DNA of 64,000 nt from Chiloscyllium plagiosum (lineage: Eukaryota), in assembly GCF_004010195.1 (NCBI RefSeq), contig NC_057720.1, forward strand, positions 34,170,382 through 34,234,381. The letters run 5' to 3'. Position numbers and translations under genes: made by a program. The stretch's first letter is position 1. The number at the start of each line of letters is the position of its first letter. The notes below the pieces were generated by a model that searched no databases, had not been told where the DNA came from, and saw only the letters and a list, made by a program, of their open reading frames with translations. This document shows positions 38,290-51,305 of the stretch, in pieces.

Positions 38290-40560
38290 TCCTAGTGAGG
38301 AAGGAGTGTTCTAGGAAGAGGATAAACCAACTATGATTAATAAAGGATGTTATGGACAGTATCAATAAAATCACATAACGTGTCAAAGATCAGTGGTCAT
38401 TTGGAGGAAGGGGTAAGTTTTAATTGTCAGCAAAAGATGGCCAAAATAACATGAGCAGGAAAAAATAAACTGAGGATAGACTGGCTAGTAAAATAAAAAT
38501 GAACAGTATAAGCTGCTTGAAATGTCTAAAAAGGGAGAGAGGCATCAGTGAACATTTGGCCCTTAGCAAATGAGCCTGAGGAACTAGTAATGGCAATCCA
38601 GGAAATGGTGGAGGAGTTAAACAAATATTTTGCGTTAGTCTCCAGCGTAAATGATAGAATGGCATTCCAAACTTACTAAATAATGAAGAGGTTAGCAGTG
38701 TTTGTTTGAGGTGAAGAGGCGAGGCGCAAGAAGATAAATACTACCTTTATCATTAAAGTATTACTGGGGTTAAAGGCTGATAAGACCCATGGACCTAATG
38801 GGTTGCAGCCTATGATGAAGGCTGTATCTACAGTAATTGTCAATGCGCTGGTTGTAATCATCCAAGAATCCTTGTCTACTGGAAAGGTCCATGTGGATCA
38901 GAGGATTGCCAATGTAATATCCTCATTCAAAAGGGAGGGGAGAGACAAGAGGGGTAACTATAAGCCGCTTAGCTTGACATCTTTTTTCGGGAAAATGTTA
39001 TCAAGGAGTAATAGCAAAGCATTTTGCAACCTATAATGTGCTCAGGCGAGTAGTTCTTTCAGGAAGTAGCAGGTAGGATAGATTTCTAAAAAGCATTACA
39101 TAAGGTACCACACATAAGGAAAGTTGATAAGGTAAGAGCACATGGTGCTGGGAGTAGTATATTAGCATGGATAGAGCATTGGTTAACTAATGGAAGACAT
39201 TTGGGATAAAAGGGGTGTTTTGAGGATGGCCACCTGTAACCAGTGGAATGACATGAGCATCAGTGCTGGAGTTAATTATTTACGACATATGTTAGTGACA
39301 TGGATCCACAAACAGAAATTGCTGGAAAAGCTCAGCAGGTCTTACAGCATCTCTGAGGAGAATTCAGAGTTAATGTTTTGGATCCAGTGATCCTTCCTCA
39401 GAACAAATTTATGGATAACACAAACATAGATGAGAAGGCAAGTAGTGAGAATGACACAAGGAGTCTACAGAGGGGAGTGGGCAAAATCTTGGCCGATGGA
39501 AAATAATAAAAAATGTGAGGTTACACACTTTGGCAGGAAGAAAAGAAGACATAAATGTTGTTTAATTATTATATTGTGGGAAAGATTGCAGAAAGATGCA
39601 GCACAGAGGGATTTTGGTGTCTTCATACATGATTCACAAAAGACAGTAGGTAATAGGCAAGGCAAATGAAATGTTGGCCTTTATTCCAAAGGGAATGTAC
39701 AAATTAGGCCATGGCTGGAATACCATAAAGAGTTCTGGTTCTGTATATAAGAAAAGATATACTAAGGTTCACTTGGTTGATGCTTAGGTATGGAAGATTT
39801 TTATTTGAGGAGAGTTGAGTAGATTAGAGTTTAGATTCCCTACAGTGTGGAAATAGGCTCTTCGGCCCAACAAGTCCACACCGACCCTCCAAAGAGTAAC
39901 CCATCCAGATCCATTTCCCCCTGATTCATGAACCTAACACTATGGGCAATTTAGCATGGCCAGTTCACCTGACCTGCACATCTTTGGATTGTGGGAGGCA
40001 ACCCATGCAGACACGGGGAGAATGTGCAAACTCCACACAGACAGTTGCCCGAGGTGGGAATCGAACCTGGTGCTGGTGCTGTGAGGCAACAGTGCTAACC
40101 ACTGAGTCACCGTGTCATCCGAGTAGGTCGAGTTTATACTCGAGTCGAGAGTGGAGTGCTGGAAGAGTAGAGCAGGTTGGGCAGCATCCAAGGGGCAGGA
40201 GAATGGATGTTTCGGGCAAAAGCCCTTCATCAGGAATGTACTCAGAGTTTAGGAGAACTAATGGAGACCTTACTGAAGCACTACGATGATTCGGGTTCTT
40301 GCCAGTGTAAATGTGAAGAGGCTTTCCCCTTTTCGGAGAGTCGGAAACCAGAACGCGTTATCTCAGAATAAGAAGTTATCCATTCAAGTCAGATTAGAGG
40401 ATTTTCATTTCTCTCTGGATGATGAATCTGTGGAATTCTTTACTGCAGAGGGCCATCATGGTCTGATTGATATCTATATTCAAAGTTGAGATAGACTGAT
40501 TTTTAAATCAGTAAGGGAATAGAGGGTTACGGAGGAAAAAGGCAGGAATATAGATTATAA
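38290..40560 (+). mobile_element. Old CR1 ORF2, heavily decayed, with nested SINE and pLTR inserts
   Basis: Peptides IANVISSFKREGRDKRGNYKPLSLTS and KCEVTHFGRK. Confidence 0.7.
39825..40115 (-). mobile_element. HE1 SINE
   Basis: Reverse complement of the tRNA head, V domain and tail seen at 5389. Confidence 0.85.
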
Positions 40561-40571
40561 GTAGGCTATCG

Positions 40572-40770
40572 CTGGAAAAAGCGCAGCAGGTCAGGCAGCA
40601 TCTGAAGAACAGGAGAGTTGATCTTTCGGACAGGACCCTTCATCAGACTGATGAACGGTTCTGTCTGAAACATTGACTTTCCTGCTGCTCAGATGCTGCC
40701 TGACCTGCTTTGCTTTTTCCAGGGCCTCACTCTACCCACTCTGACTCTCCAGCATCCGCAGTCCTCACTA
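40572..40770. mobile_element. Fold-back pLTR element with two head-to-head hammerhead cores
   Basis: TTTCGGACAGGACCCTTCATCAG-A-CTGATGAACGGTTCTGTCTGAAAC centred at 40647, with inverted arms spanning ~40572-40722. Confidence 0.75.
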
Positions 40771-40781
40771 TCTCATAAGTT

Positions 40782-41103
40782 GATTAGATTCCCAACAGTA
40801 TGGAAAACGGGCCATTCGGCCCAACAAGTCCACACCAACCCTCCGAAGAGTAACCCACCCAGATCCAAACCCCCACATTTACCCCTGACTAATGTACCCA
40901 ACACAACTGGCAATTTAGCATGGCCAATTTACCTAACCTGCACATTTTTGGATTGTGGGAGGAAACCGGAGCACCCGGCAGAAACCCACGCAGACACGGG
41001 AGAATGTGCAAACTCTCCACAGACAGTCACTGAGGCTGGAATTGAACCCAGGTCCCTGGCACTGAGAGGCAGCGGTGCTAACTACTCAGACACCGTGCTG
41101 CCC
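40782..41103 (-). mobile_element. HE1 SINE, near full length
   Basis: Reverse complement of the SINE at 5389-5714. Confidence 0.9.
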
Positions 41104-41900
41104 CCACATTGGTTTGTCAGCAACTTTAAACTGTTCAATATAATGGAAACAAAGGTTTATGTGCAAATATTAATGTACAATGAATTGGTGAGGATATTCA
41201 GCAAACTGTATATTTAACAATAACATTAAAATCATATTCTCCTCTCCCTTTTCAACCTCCCTTCTAAAAATTTATAAAGTGTGAATATTTTTAGCTATGT
41301 TTGTGGATCTTTAAAATTATTAACCCCTTTACAAGCTTGCAACTATAAGTTTCAGGTAAGAGCCTTGTAGTTTTAGAAAGAATGCTAAATCAAAGTAGAG
41401 TGTTATTCAATGGCTGATGGTTCTCCTTTTTGACTTCACACACTGAAAACTATACAAATATGAGAAGTTTGAATGTTGAAGAAGCGAAGAATTAGTAAAA
41501 AAAAAAATCAGATGATTTAACTCGCGGTTTGCTTTGTAAATGCTAGAAGAAGCCCCAGTTTCATCTATCTATGCCCTTTTTTAAACCCTATTTTATTAAG
41601 TTTTGTAACGAGTTGCTAAAGAATGTTGATGGCTTCAATTCTCAGTCATTTATTGTAATGGGAGATTATTCTCCCTCATAAATTCAAAAATCATTTACTC
41701 ATTGTCTGATATGTTCCAAACACAATTCTCTACTCACCTAATACTGTGTTTAAACTGAATGCATGTTCTGTTTGGGATAAACAGTAAACATTTTATTTCC
41801 CTCATTTGCTAAGTTCTCATCCTTTCCATTTTGTAACTCATGCCCACTTGTTTGAAAGGCTACAGTAAATAGTTTTAATAGCTTTTGTTTTCATCCTTAG

Positions 41901-42015
41901 AGTTGAAAGATGAACGGAAAATTCTGGAACGTGACCTGCAGCAGGCACCATCAATACAAAGTCTATTACAGGTTCACAAACCGCCTGGGTGCAGGTCCTC
42001 AAAAAGATCCTGCAG
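41901..42015 (+). CDS. CCDC24: CCDC24 coding exon, ELKDERKILERDLQQAPSIQSLLQVHKPPGCRSSKRSC
   Basis: Acceptor ttttcatccttAG and donor GTAACA. 115 nt, phase 1-2. Resembles the human coiled coil ELKEQKKAMEQELQA. Confidence 0.88.
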
Positions 42016-42849
42016 GTAACATCTATTCAAAGCAGTTTCTTCCTCCTCAGATCATAGGTGAGCAGGGAGGCTCTGGTATTTTACACCTAAAGTACTTTGC
42101 TTGTTTGAGGGCTCTGTTCAGCAGATTATTAAATTAATTTAAGGATCCCTAAACTAACAAATATATCATTCTACTCTTATCTACTCATTAAACTCACCTA
42201 ATACAAACAAATTATTAAACTCTTCCACATTCACAAACCAATATTTACATGTCCTAGTTCAAAATTCAAATTAAAAAATAAACTGCAATTAAAATTATGC
42301 ACTTAGATTGTAATTACCCATCCTAATTGCCCTGGATAAGGTGAAGGTAAATTGTTTTCTTGAACTGCGGCAGCTGTTGAATTTTCAGGACACACTGTGC
42401 TGTTAGAGAGAGGGGTCCAGGAAATTGGGCCCATTGGCAATGAAGAACATGAAATAGTTCCACGTCATGGTGGCGTGTGACTTGAGGTGAAATGAAAGTG
42501 GTTGTGTTCCCATGCATCTGCTGCCATGCTCTTTTAAATGATAGAGGTTACAGGTTTTTGAAATGATGTTGGAGGAGCTTTGGTGAGGTACTGCTGTGCA
42601 TTTTGTAAATGATACATACTACTGCCACTTGCCCTCAGTTGTGAAGGGACTTAATGTTGAAAGTGTGGGTGGGGTGGTAATTGGGCTGTTTTGTCTAGGC
42701 TTCTTGTTTTTAAGCATGTTATTGGCTTGGTGGTTAGCATAGTGTCGTGGATATTGTCTACACAGGTGGCCAGAAACTATTGGATTTGTGCAAAAGATAA
42801 TTAGCGAAGATAGATTGCAATGAGTATAGGCCAAACATGTGATGGGTAC

Positions 42850-43642
42850 ATGATAAATGAATATGGACCAAAAGTGGTAAAGTGTGAGGTCATGCACCTG
42901 GGTAGAAAGAATAGAGACTATTTTCTAAATGGGGAGAAAATTCAGAAGTCTGAAGTGCAAGAGACTTGAATTCTAGTCCAGGATTTTCTCAAGGTAAACT
43001 TGCAAGTTGAGTCAGTAGATAGGAAGGCAAGTGCAATGATTGCATTTATTTCGAGAGGACTTGAATATGAAAGCAGGGATGTACTTTTGAGGATCTATAA
43101 TGTTCTGATCAGGCCACATTTAGAGTATTGTGCACAGTTTTGGGCCACATTTCTTAGGGAGGATGTGCTAGCCCTGGAGCGTGTTCAGAGGAGGTTCACG
43201 AGAATGGTCCCAGGAATGAACAGCTTAACAAATGAGGAAAGTTTGAGAACTCTGGGTCTATACTCGATGAAGGGGGATCTAATTGAAACTTACAGAATAT
43301 TCATTGGCCTGGACAGAGTGGCTGTTGGGAAGATGTTTCCATTGGTAGGATAGACAAGGACCTGAGGGCATAGCGTTAGACTAAAGGGAAGACCTTTTAG
43401 AACAGAGATAAGGTGAAACCTCTTCGCCAGCAAGTGGTGAATATATGGAAGTCACTGCCACAGAAGGCTATGGGGGCCAGGTCATTGAGTATATTTTAAG
43501 ACTGCGATAGATAGGTTCTTGATTGTAAAGGGGTTACAGGGAGAAAGTGTAAGAATGGAGTTGAGAAAGTAATCAGCCATGATTGTATGGCGGAGCAGAT
43601 TCGATGGGCTGAATGGCCTAATTTCTGCTGCTATGTCTTATT
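42850..43642 (+). mobile_element. CR1 ORF2 3' fragment
   Basis: ORF 43000..43353 has IRPHLEYCAQFW...LERVQRRFTRMVPG. Confidence 0.88.
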
Positions 43643-45584
43643 GTGAAACAAAAAGTGCTGGAGATCAGTGGGACAGATAGCATCCATGGAGAGAAAGCAA
43701 GCTAACGATTTGAGTCTGGATGACTCTTCTTCAGAGCTGAAGTGAAGTGTGGAGGGGACAGCATTTATGCAACAGTGAGGGAAGTGGCGTAGGGAAGGTG
43801 GGGTGCTGGGGGAGAACAGAAGTGGATACTTCAGATTTAGTGGTCAGAATTGTACATCTGAGTTTATGGATGGTGCTAAGTTAGGAACAGGATGTTCTGT
43901 AGATAAAATCAAGAAGTTGCAAAGGGACATAGGAGACTGATCCAGTAGGTAAAAAGTGTAACAGCTGGAATTCAATGTAGGCATGTGAGGACTTTCACTT
44001 TAGATCTAATATCGAAAAATCGGTAATTGCTTCTGAGAAATCTGGATCAGTAGAGGAATAAAACAAAAAAATTGTTTCTTCACCCAATTATTGAAACACT
44101 CATGCATGAAACCAAATGTAATCAAAATACTATTGCAGTGTTGATTTTAATCATAAAGATTGAAATTCAAAGGTGAAATTATATTCAGTTGCACGTGGCC
44201 TTAGTAAGACTCCATCTGGAGCAATGTGTTAGGAACTTCGGGGGGGGAGGGCTAATGGGCCTTAAGGAGAGAAATTGAGAGCAGGATGCATGAATTTGAT
44301 TTTCATTGTCCTAACCTAATTGAGATGTTACAAACAATGAAAGATTTAATAGGGTGAATGTAAGTAAACAATTTCCTTTTGTAACCAAAGGAATCGTAAC
44401 AAAACATTATTATTATCTTGAGAGTAGACCTCTGCCATTTTGGAGTGAAATCAGGAAATATTTATTCACACAGAAAGGGTAGCAAAAACCTATTCTTGTA
44501 AATAGATGCTGGAACAACTGACATTTTCAAACTTAAGGTTGATAGATTTTTGTAAGGATAAGATATCAAGATATGGAAAGTGAAGTTAAGTTGCAAGTCA
44601 GCTGTAATCTGCTAGAATGCTGAAACAGGTTGATTGCTGTCTTCCTATAATCGCAAGGATAGACTCCCCAAACTCCTCTACCTCGGTCTGCTTTATTGCC
44701 AAACTTTAATGGCAAAAGTCTAGTGAATACCGTGATTTTTCAGAACATGCACAAAAATGAAACGATTTTGAGTTCAATTGGCAATTTGACTTGGTCAATC
44801 AAATTGTACCACAAGGAAAAAATATCATTCACACAATATTTTAGAGTTGCTCTGCTATTAAAAATGCAGTAAACAGGATTGAATCTGCTCCTGAATTGTG
44901 GGAATAGGGTAAATGGTAATGACAATGACAACTTGCTTTTTCGTATTGCCTTTAAAATAAAGGCCTAGACTTAGCTTTTGCTGTTAATTGGAAAGAAGAG
45001 GGGATATTGGAAATGGGGAGGGAGGGGGAGTGGGGTGGAGAGGAGAACTATGTGCTGTTAGCTGAAGGGCAGTCTCAAGAAAACTTCTAAAGCCTGTTAT
45101 AAATGTGATGACAGGATTCTAAAGTTTGTGACAAAGTGTCGCAAAAGTTTGAAAATGTGATAAATCACTCAAAAAAGCAAGTATCTGTCCTTGCACTGAA
45201 AACACTCCTTGGGCGCATTTCAGCTTGTGCTTTACCATTGACTTGCTTTGTGGAAATCTTTGCCGCTTGTCTCAACACTAGGCTCAACTGCAGGAAGAAG
45301 CAGCAGCTTACATTGCGACCTGCTGACAATGTCATTGAGCAGCAGCAAATTAATAGAAGGTCCCAAGGCACTTTTTCAGTGCTAGAAAACAATTGACATT
45401 TAGTCCCATTGAGTGAAGTTACAGCAAGTGGCCAGATGCTGTAGAAAGTTGTGTATTTGTCAGAGATTACCATGTACAAGACAGGAGTGTGATGGAATAC
45501 TTTCCACTCATTTGGCTGAATGCAACTCCAACAATTCTCAGTAAGACCAGCATCATCCAGGACAAAGCAGCACAGTTGATTGTG

Positions 45585-47617
45585 AAGGTTGTTTAGGGAG
45601 CACTTGCTGATAGTGCTGGACAGGTTTGTCCCACTGAGGCAAGGAGGGGTTGGTAGATTGAAAGAATGGTGCATGACAAGGGATGTGGAATATCTCAGCA
45701 AGAGGAAGAAGGAAGCTTACTTAAGGTTGAGGAGGCAAAGATCACACTGGCTCTGGAGGGTTACAAGGTAGCTAGGAAAGAACTGAAGAATGGACTTAGA
45801 GTTAGAAGGGGAATGAGAGAATTTTTTAGCAGTTCGGATGAAGAAAAACTCAAAGGCATTTTACACTCAGGTGAGAAGCAAGAAGGTGGCCAAAGTGAGG
45901 ATAGGGTCGGTCAGGGATAATGGAGGGAACTTATGCCTGGAGTCGGAGAAGGAGGAGAGGTTCTTATTGAATACTTTGCTTCAGTATTCACGACTGAGAG
46001 GGACCTTGACATTTTGTGAGGACAGCATGAAACATACTGAGATGCTCAAACAGGTTAATGTTAAGTGCTGAAAATTTTGAGAAACCTAGGGATAGATAAG
46101 TCCCCTGGTCGAGACAGGATATGCCGAAGGGTACTACAGGAAGTGAGGGGAAAAATTAGTGCGCATATGGCGATGACCTTTGCGCCCACACTGTCCACTG
46201 GAGTAGTGCCAGATGATTGGAGGGTGGCAATTGTCATTCCCTTGTTCAAGAAAGAGAATAGGGATAATCCTGGGAACTACTGACCAATTGTCTTACATTT
46301 GTGGTGGGCAAATTATTGGACAGGATTTATGATTACTTGGAAAACTATATAGGTTGATTAGAGAGAGTCAGTATGGCTTTGTGAGAGACAGTCTTGCCTC
46401 AAGCCTTATTGAATTCTTTGAGGATGTGACAAAACATATTGATGAAGGTAGAGCAGTAGATGTGATGTACATAGATTTTTAGCAAGATATTTAATCAGCT
46501 TCCCCATTGTAGGTTCATTCAGAAAGTAAGGAGGCATGGGATACAGAGAAATCTGGCTGTCTGGATACAGAATTGGCTGGCCCATAGAAGACAGAGGGTG
46601 GTCGTAGATGGAAAGTATTCAGCCTGGAGCTTGGTGACCAGTGCTGTTCCACAGGGATCGGTTCTGGGACTTCTGCTCTTCGTGATTTTTATAAATGACT
46701 TGGATGAAGAAGTGGAAGGGTGGGTTAGTAAGTTTGCCAATGACACGAAGGTTGATGGAGTGGTGGATGGTGTGTAGAGCTCTTATAGGTTGGAACGGGA
46801 CATTGACAGGATACAGAGCTGGGCTGGCAAGTGGCAGATGGAGTTCAACCTGGAAAAGCGTGAAGTGATTCATTTTGATAGGTCGAATTTGAATACAGAA
46901 TACAGAGTTTAAGGCTGGATTATGGAGGAACACTGGGATCTTGAGATTCATGTCCATAGACCCCTCAAAGTTGCCATCCAAGTTGATAGTTGTTAAGAAG
47001 ACATATGGTGTGTTGGCTTTCATTAGCATGTGGGATTTTGTTTGAGCCGCAAGGTTATGTTGCAGCTCTGTAAAGCCCTGGTTGAACTACATTTGGAATA
47101 TTGTGATCAGTTCCGATCACCTCATTATAGGAAGGATGTGGAAGTTTTTGAAATGGTGCAGTGGAGATTTACCAGAATGATGTGGATTGGAGGGCATGTC
47201 TTATGAAGAAAGCTTGAGGGAGCTAGGGCTTTTCTCATTGGAGCAAAGAAGGATAAAAGGTGACTTGATGAAGGTGTACAAGATGATGCATAGATGGAGT
47301 GGATAAGCTAGAGACTTTTCCCCAGAGTGGAAATGATTATCATGAGGGGGCATAATTTTAAGGTGATTGGAGAAAGCTTTTAGGGGAGATGCCAGAGATC
47401 GGTTCTTTACACAGAGTGGTGGATGCTTGGAATGCACTGCCAGCAGTGGTAATACAGTCAGATACATTAGGGACATTTAAGCAATTCTTGGATAGGTGCA
47501 TGGAAGACAGTACAACTGAAGTGTATGTAGGTTAGTTTAATTTTAGAGTATGATCAAAGGTCAGCACAACATCGAATGCCGAAGGGCCTGTACTGTGCTG
47601 TACTATTCAATGTTCTA
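45585..47617 (+). mobile_element. CR1 ORF2 (2 kb) inserted into an older LINE
   Basis: DKSPGRDRI, WRVAIVIPLFKK, VPQGSVLG and FINDLD motifs, with a TGTTCTA tail. The flanks are the two halves of the second CR1-group family. Confidence 0.9.
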
Positions 47618-48299
47618 ATTCATCAAGCACCTACACATTCATTCTCTCCAGCAGTATTGCACAGTGGCAGTGTGTACCATTTACAAGGTGCACTGCAGCA
47701 ACTTGACAAGGTTCTTTCAACAACATCTTTAAGTCCACAATTTTTATCACCTTGAAAAGGGCTATAGATGGAGTACATCACTATCTGCAAGGTCCATTCT
47801 AAACCACACATACCATCCTGACTCAGAGCCACATTATTGTTGCGTCATTTTCACTGTGCTGGTACGCCCTCCGTCATAACACCAAGTGTACTTAAATCAC
47901 ATGGACTACAGTGGTTAAAGAAAGCTGACTGCCACCTTCTCAAACACAATAAGGGACAGACAATAGCATCTTTTGCCTGTACCCCCCACAATGACGAAGC
48001 TTTTGTGGCAGGGGCTATCAAATTGGGACCACTTCAATATTCTGAGGAAATATTAGAGCAGGTACCAATACTCCAATTCCCTTGGTGCCACATTGTGGCC
48101 TTGCCAGGACCTCCGAGATCTCCTTCACATTAAGATTTAGACATACGTATCAGCTGTCTCTTCTACTTTCCTCTCTTCCACTATCCCATCAGGACAAGCT
48201 GCCTCTAAGGTTGCCTCCTGTCCTAATATCGAACTTGTATCTTACCCTAGCTTCTCTTCAAACTTCTCTCATGTATTTCTGAATTAATCATGTCCATGT

Positions 48300-49200
48300 A
48301 ACCCACTCCTTGTTCCTTTACTTTTCCTGATCCCTGTGTGAGCTGATATTATTAGTAGTTGTTGCTCCTCGGGTGCTGTCTCACATTTAATTTTGCTAAT
48401 GTCACCCAGCTCCTCAAAAATACCTCTTGCTCCAACTGTCCTGTAAACCTCAAATTCGGTTCCAATGCTGTTTTCCTTTCCAAACTCCTTGAACACACCT
48501 TCCAATTCCATGCTCATATTTCCCAAAGTTCTATGTTTGACATTTACAAACTGCCCCTCAGTGACATCCTTTGAAAACGCAGCATTTTTTTTTCATGTAC
48601 ACACTATCAGCAGCCAGCTCTGTCACACCACTTCTTATACTCATCCAGTGTTGCTAAATCATCATGTAGCTTGTCTGACAGATGGATCAGCAGAAATGAC
48701 TTCCAATTAAATATTGCAAAGACACAAGCAATTGTGTTCGACTTTGTCCATAAACACTTTCACTACCTCCTGACTCCTGGCAACTGTCTGAGCCTGAACC
48801 TATTCATAACCTTAGTCTCTTACCTGATCCCGAAAAGAGATTTGGATCATGTATCAGCACCATTGTTAAGACCATCCATTTTCATCTTTGGAGCATCAAC
48901 ATTTTCCACATCAGACTCAATCTATATGCTGCTTAAAACCCTCATGCTCTTGTTACCACTGGACTTTATTATTCCAGTGCACTGATGGATAGCTCCCACG
49001 TTGTACCATCCATAAAACTGTCGCTATCTAATCTTTGCTGCCTGTGCCTGTGATTCCCATCTGTTTGCTTACCACCTCTGTGTTAACTCATCCACACTGA
49101 ACTGGCCAAGCAACATCTCGATATTTAAATTCCTTCTTAGTTTTCAAATCCTTTCATAATCTCACGCTTCCTTATCACTAATCTCCCCACAGACCCATAA
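48300..49200 (+). mobile_element. L2-clade LINE remnant
   Basis: WISRNDFQLNIAKTQAIVF resembles L2 RT WMxxNFLQLNxxKTE. Confidence 0.55.
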
Positions 49201-49960
49201 CCCTCTTCTTTTCACTGAGAGGTGGTGTTTATATGATTCACAGTGTTGCTGAGTAGGTAATTGAGTGAGGAGGATTGTTTGATAGCACCTTCTGTTATGT
49301 TGTTGATGGTTACAAGTAAACTGATGATGCAGTTAATTGACTGGATTAGGTTTGTCCTGTTTGTGAATAGAACACATCCAGTTCATTTGCCATATTGTTA
49401 GGTCGACACCAGTGTTTGTAGCTGTACTGGAACAGTTTGACAGGGGCATGGGTAGTTTTAATCTTCGGTACTGCTGCTGAAATGTTATCAGTGTCTGTAG
49501 GTTTTTTTGTATCTATTGCCTTCAGCCTTTCTTGATGTAAGGTAAGGTGAATGGAATTCATTGGCATCTAGGATGGTGGGAATCTCAGGAGATTATGGTG
49601 TGACTGGCTGTTTGAAGGTACATGAGAATAACTCTCCAGAATGATTATCCTTTCATTTTGTTTCCTTTCACAGGAGGGATAAGGCTGACCTCTGCTTTCT
49701 GTCTCAGCATGATGGTATAACTGAGATCAGTAACTTAGTAAGTGAGCAGTTGCAGCTGTGAAACTGAGTTATCAGCCTGCAGAGCTTTTGTGGAACTTTG
49801 GTGCACTGTACCAGAATATTGTCCTGAACATAGCTACTACTACTACTCTCCTATGTCTTGCACTACTTACATGAAAGAAAGACTGCCTCGAGTGTTATTA
49901 TAGCAGAGTTTAATGTACCATCACATTCCACATAAAGCATTTTTTTTTTGTTTGATGTAG

Positions 49961-50666
49961 AAACATATCGAGGTGGAGCAACACAGCAGCCAATACATCA
50001 GAAGAAACTCAATACTCCATATTGGCAGCTGACTTGTCAGAAGCTGATCTAGAACAGAAAATAAAAAAACACAGTATTTCGACTAAAGGTGAATCCAGTT
50101 CCAATGGAACTGGGAACTTAAAAACCCTTGCAGCATCCTCACACAGGACATCTTTTAGGGCAGTGGACTTATCATTGCCTAGTTACCACGATGAGCGAGC
50201 TTCAGCAAGCTGTCCTACATCAGAAAATACATGTGCTCCTCATCCTCTGTCTAACATGAAAGGCCAGAATAAAGTTCAACTACATCTAATGGGTGATGTG
50301 TCAGGACCATTTGATAAGCGAGAAATTGAGTCTACACATGATAGAACTTGCATTGAAGGATCGCTACTTTTACAAGCTGGTGTTCAGAAGTCATTGGCGT
50401 ATTCAGAATCTCCTAATAACTTCGCTGTTTGGCAGCAGTCAGTTTCTTCCTCCATCCGAACAGATAGTCATTACACCACAGAAAGTAAGAGGACTTCGTC
50501 ATCAAATTTGAGAAACTCTGTTGAGGTATTATCTTCAATACCTAAGCAGGATGGTCGTGTTCTTATTCCATCGCCACCTTCGGGTGAAAAGCCCACTGGT
50601 GCTCAACCCAGGAACATGCACAGAGTGAGAAGAGCCCGAGTAGACAGCTTGGCTGGCAGTGCCTGA
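49961..50666 (+). CDS. CCDC24: CCDC24 terminal coding exon (Ser-rich, probably disordered C-terminus, about 234 aa)
   Basis: Poly-T tract plus gatgtAG acceptor at 49959-49960. Phase 2 entry places it in the open frame of ORF 50022..50666, ending TGA. Non-repeat sequence with poly(A) signals downstream. Confidence 0.8.
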
Positions 50667-50751
50667 ACAGTGAATCCAGCCTGAATGTTCCAGTGAGCTG
50701 GCCTCCATTTTGAAGTTTGGATTAATTTGGGTTGACCTAAATCGATTAAAG

Positions 50752-50846
50752 AATAAATGCTAAAGTTCCCACTGTTTTGATAGTTTACTTCCACTGTGCT
50801 ACCTCATTTTTACTTTAAGATGTGTGCTAAATAAAATAAAAATAAA
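50752..50846 (+). terminator. Candidate polyadenylation signals of CCDC24
   Basis: AATAAA at 50752-50757 and clustered AATAAA copies at about 50830-50846, followed by a T/GT-rich stretch, 90-180 nt after the stop codon. Confidence 0.6.
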
Positions 50847-51094
50847 CTAGATCCCAAAGATGTTTGCTTTCTTTGCATTAACTAAATCATTTTAATGGTG
50901 AGAGCTTTTTTAGGAAGCAGATGTACATTTGATACTATCCAAAATGCCCTTAAAGCATTTTTTTGCTAAGTGTGGATTAACATTGACGTTATTGTAAATA
51001 AAATTGGGAGAGATTTAAAATTGGCTATCAATTGACTAGTGCCCACTTTATTTATCGCCCGGATCAAGATGATTCCTTTGGGTTGTAGCTATAT

Positions 51095-51305
51095 ACATAG
51101 CGCCGCGCCCCCTGTACCCGCGGGGGTTACGTTCCAGGACCTACTGTAGAAGCCTGAAGCCGCAGATAGGAGTGAACCTATTCATTTAAATGGGAAATGT
51201 CCTTTCCTGGCAGCCTCCTGCCTGGTGCTGGAGCGTTCCCTATAATATACTCGGGCTGTGATAAACCACGGAAAACCATTCTGCGGTTGTAAGGGTCACC
51301 CTGTT
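51095..51305. mobile_element. Tigger/MER2-like (Tc1-mariner) MITE
   Basis: CpG-rich CCCCCTGTACCCGCGGGGGTTACGTTCCAGGACC start and a decayed inverted end TGCGGTTGTAAGGGTCACCCTGT. Confidence 0.5.
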
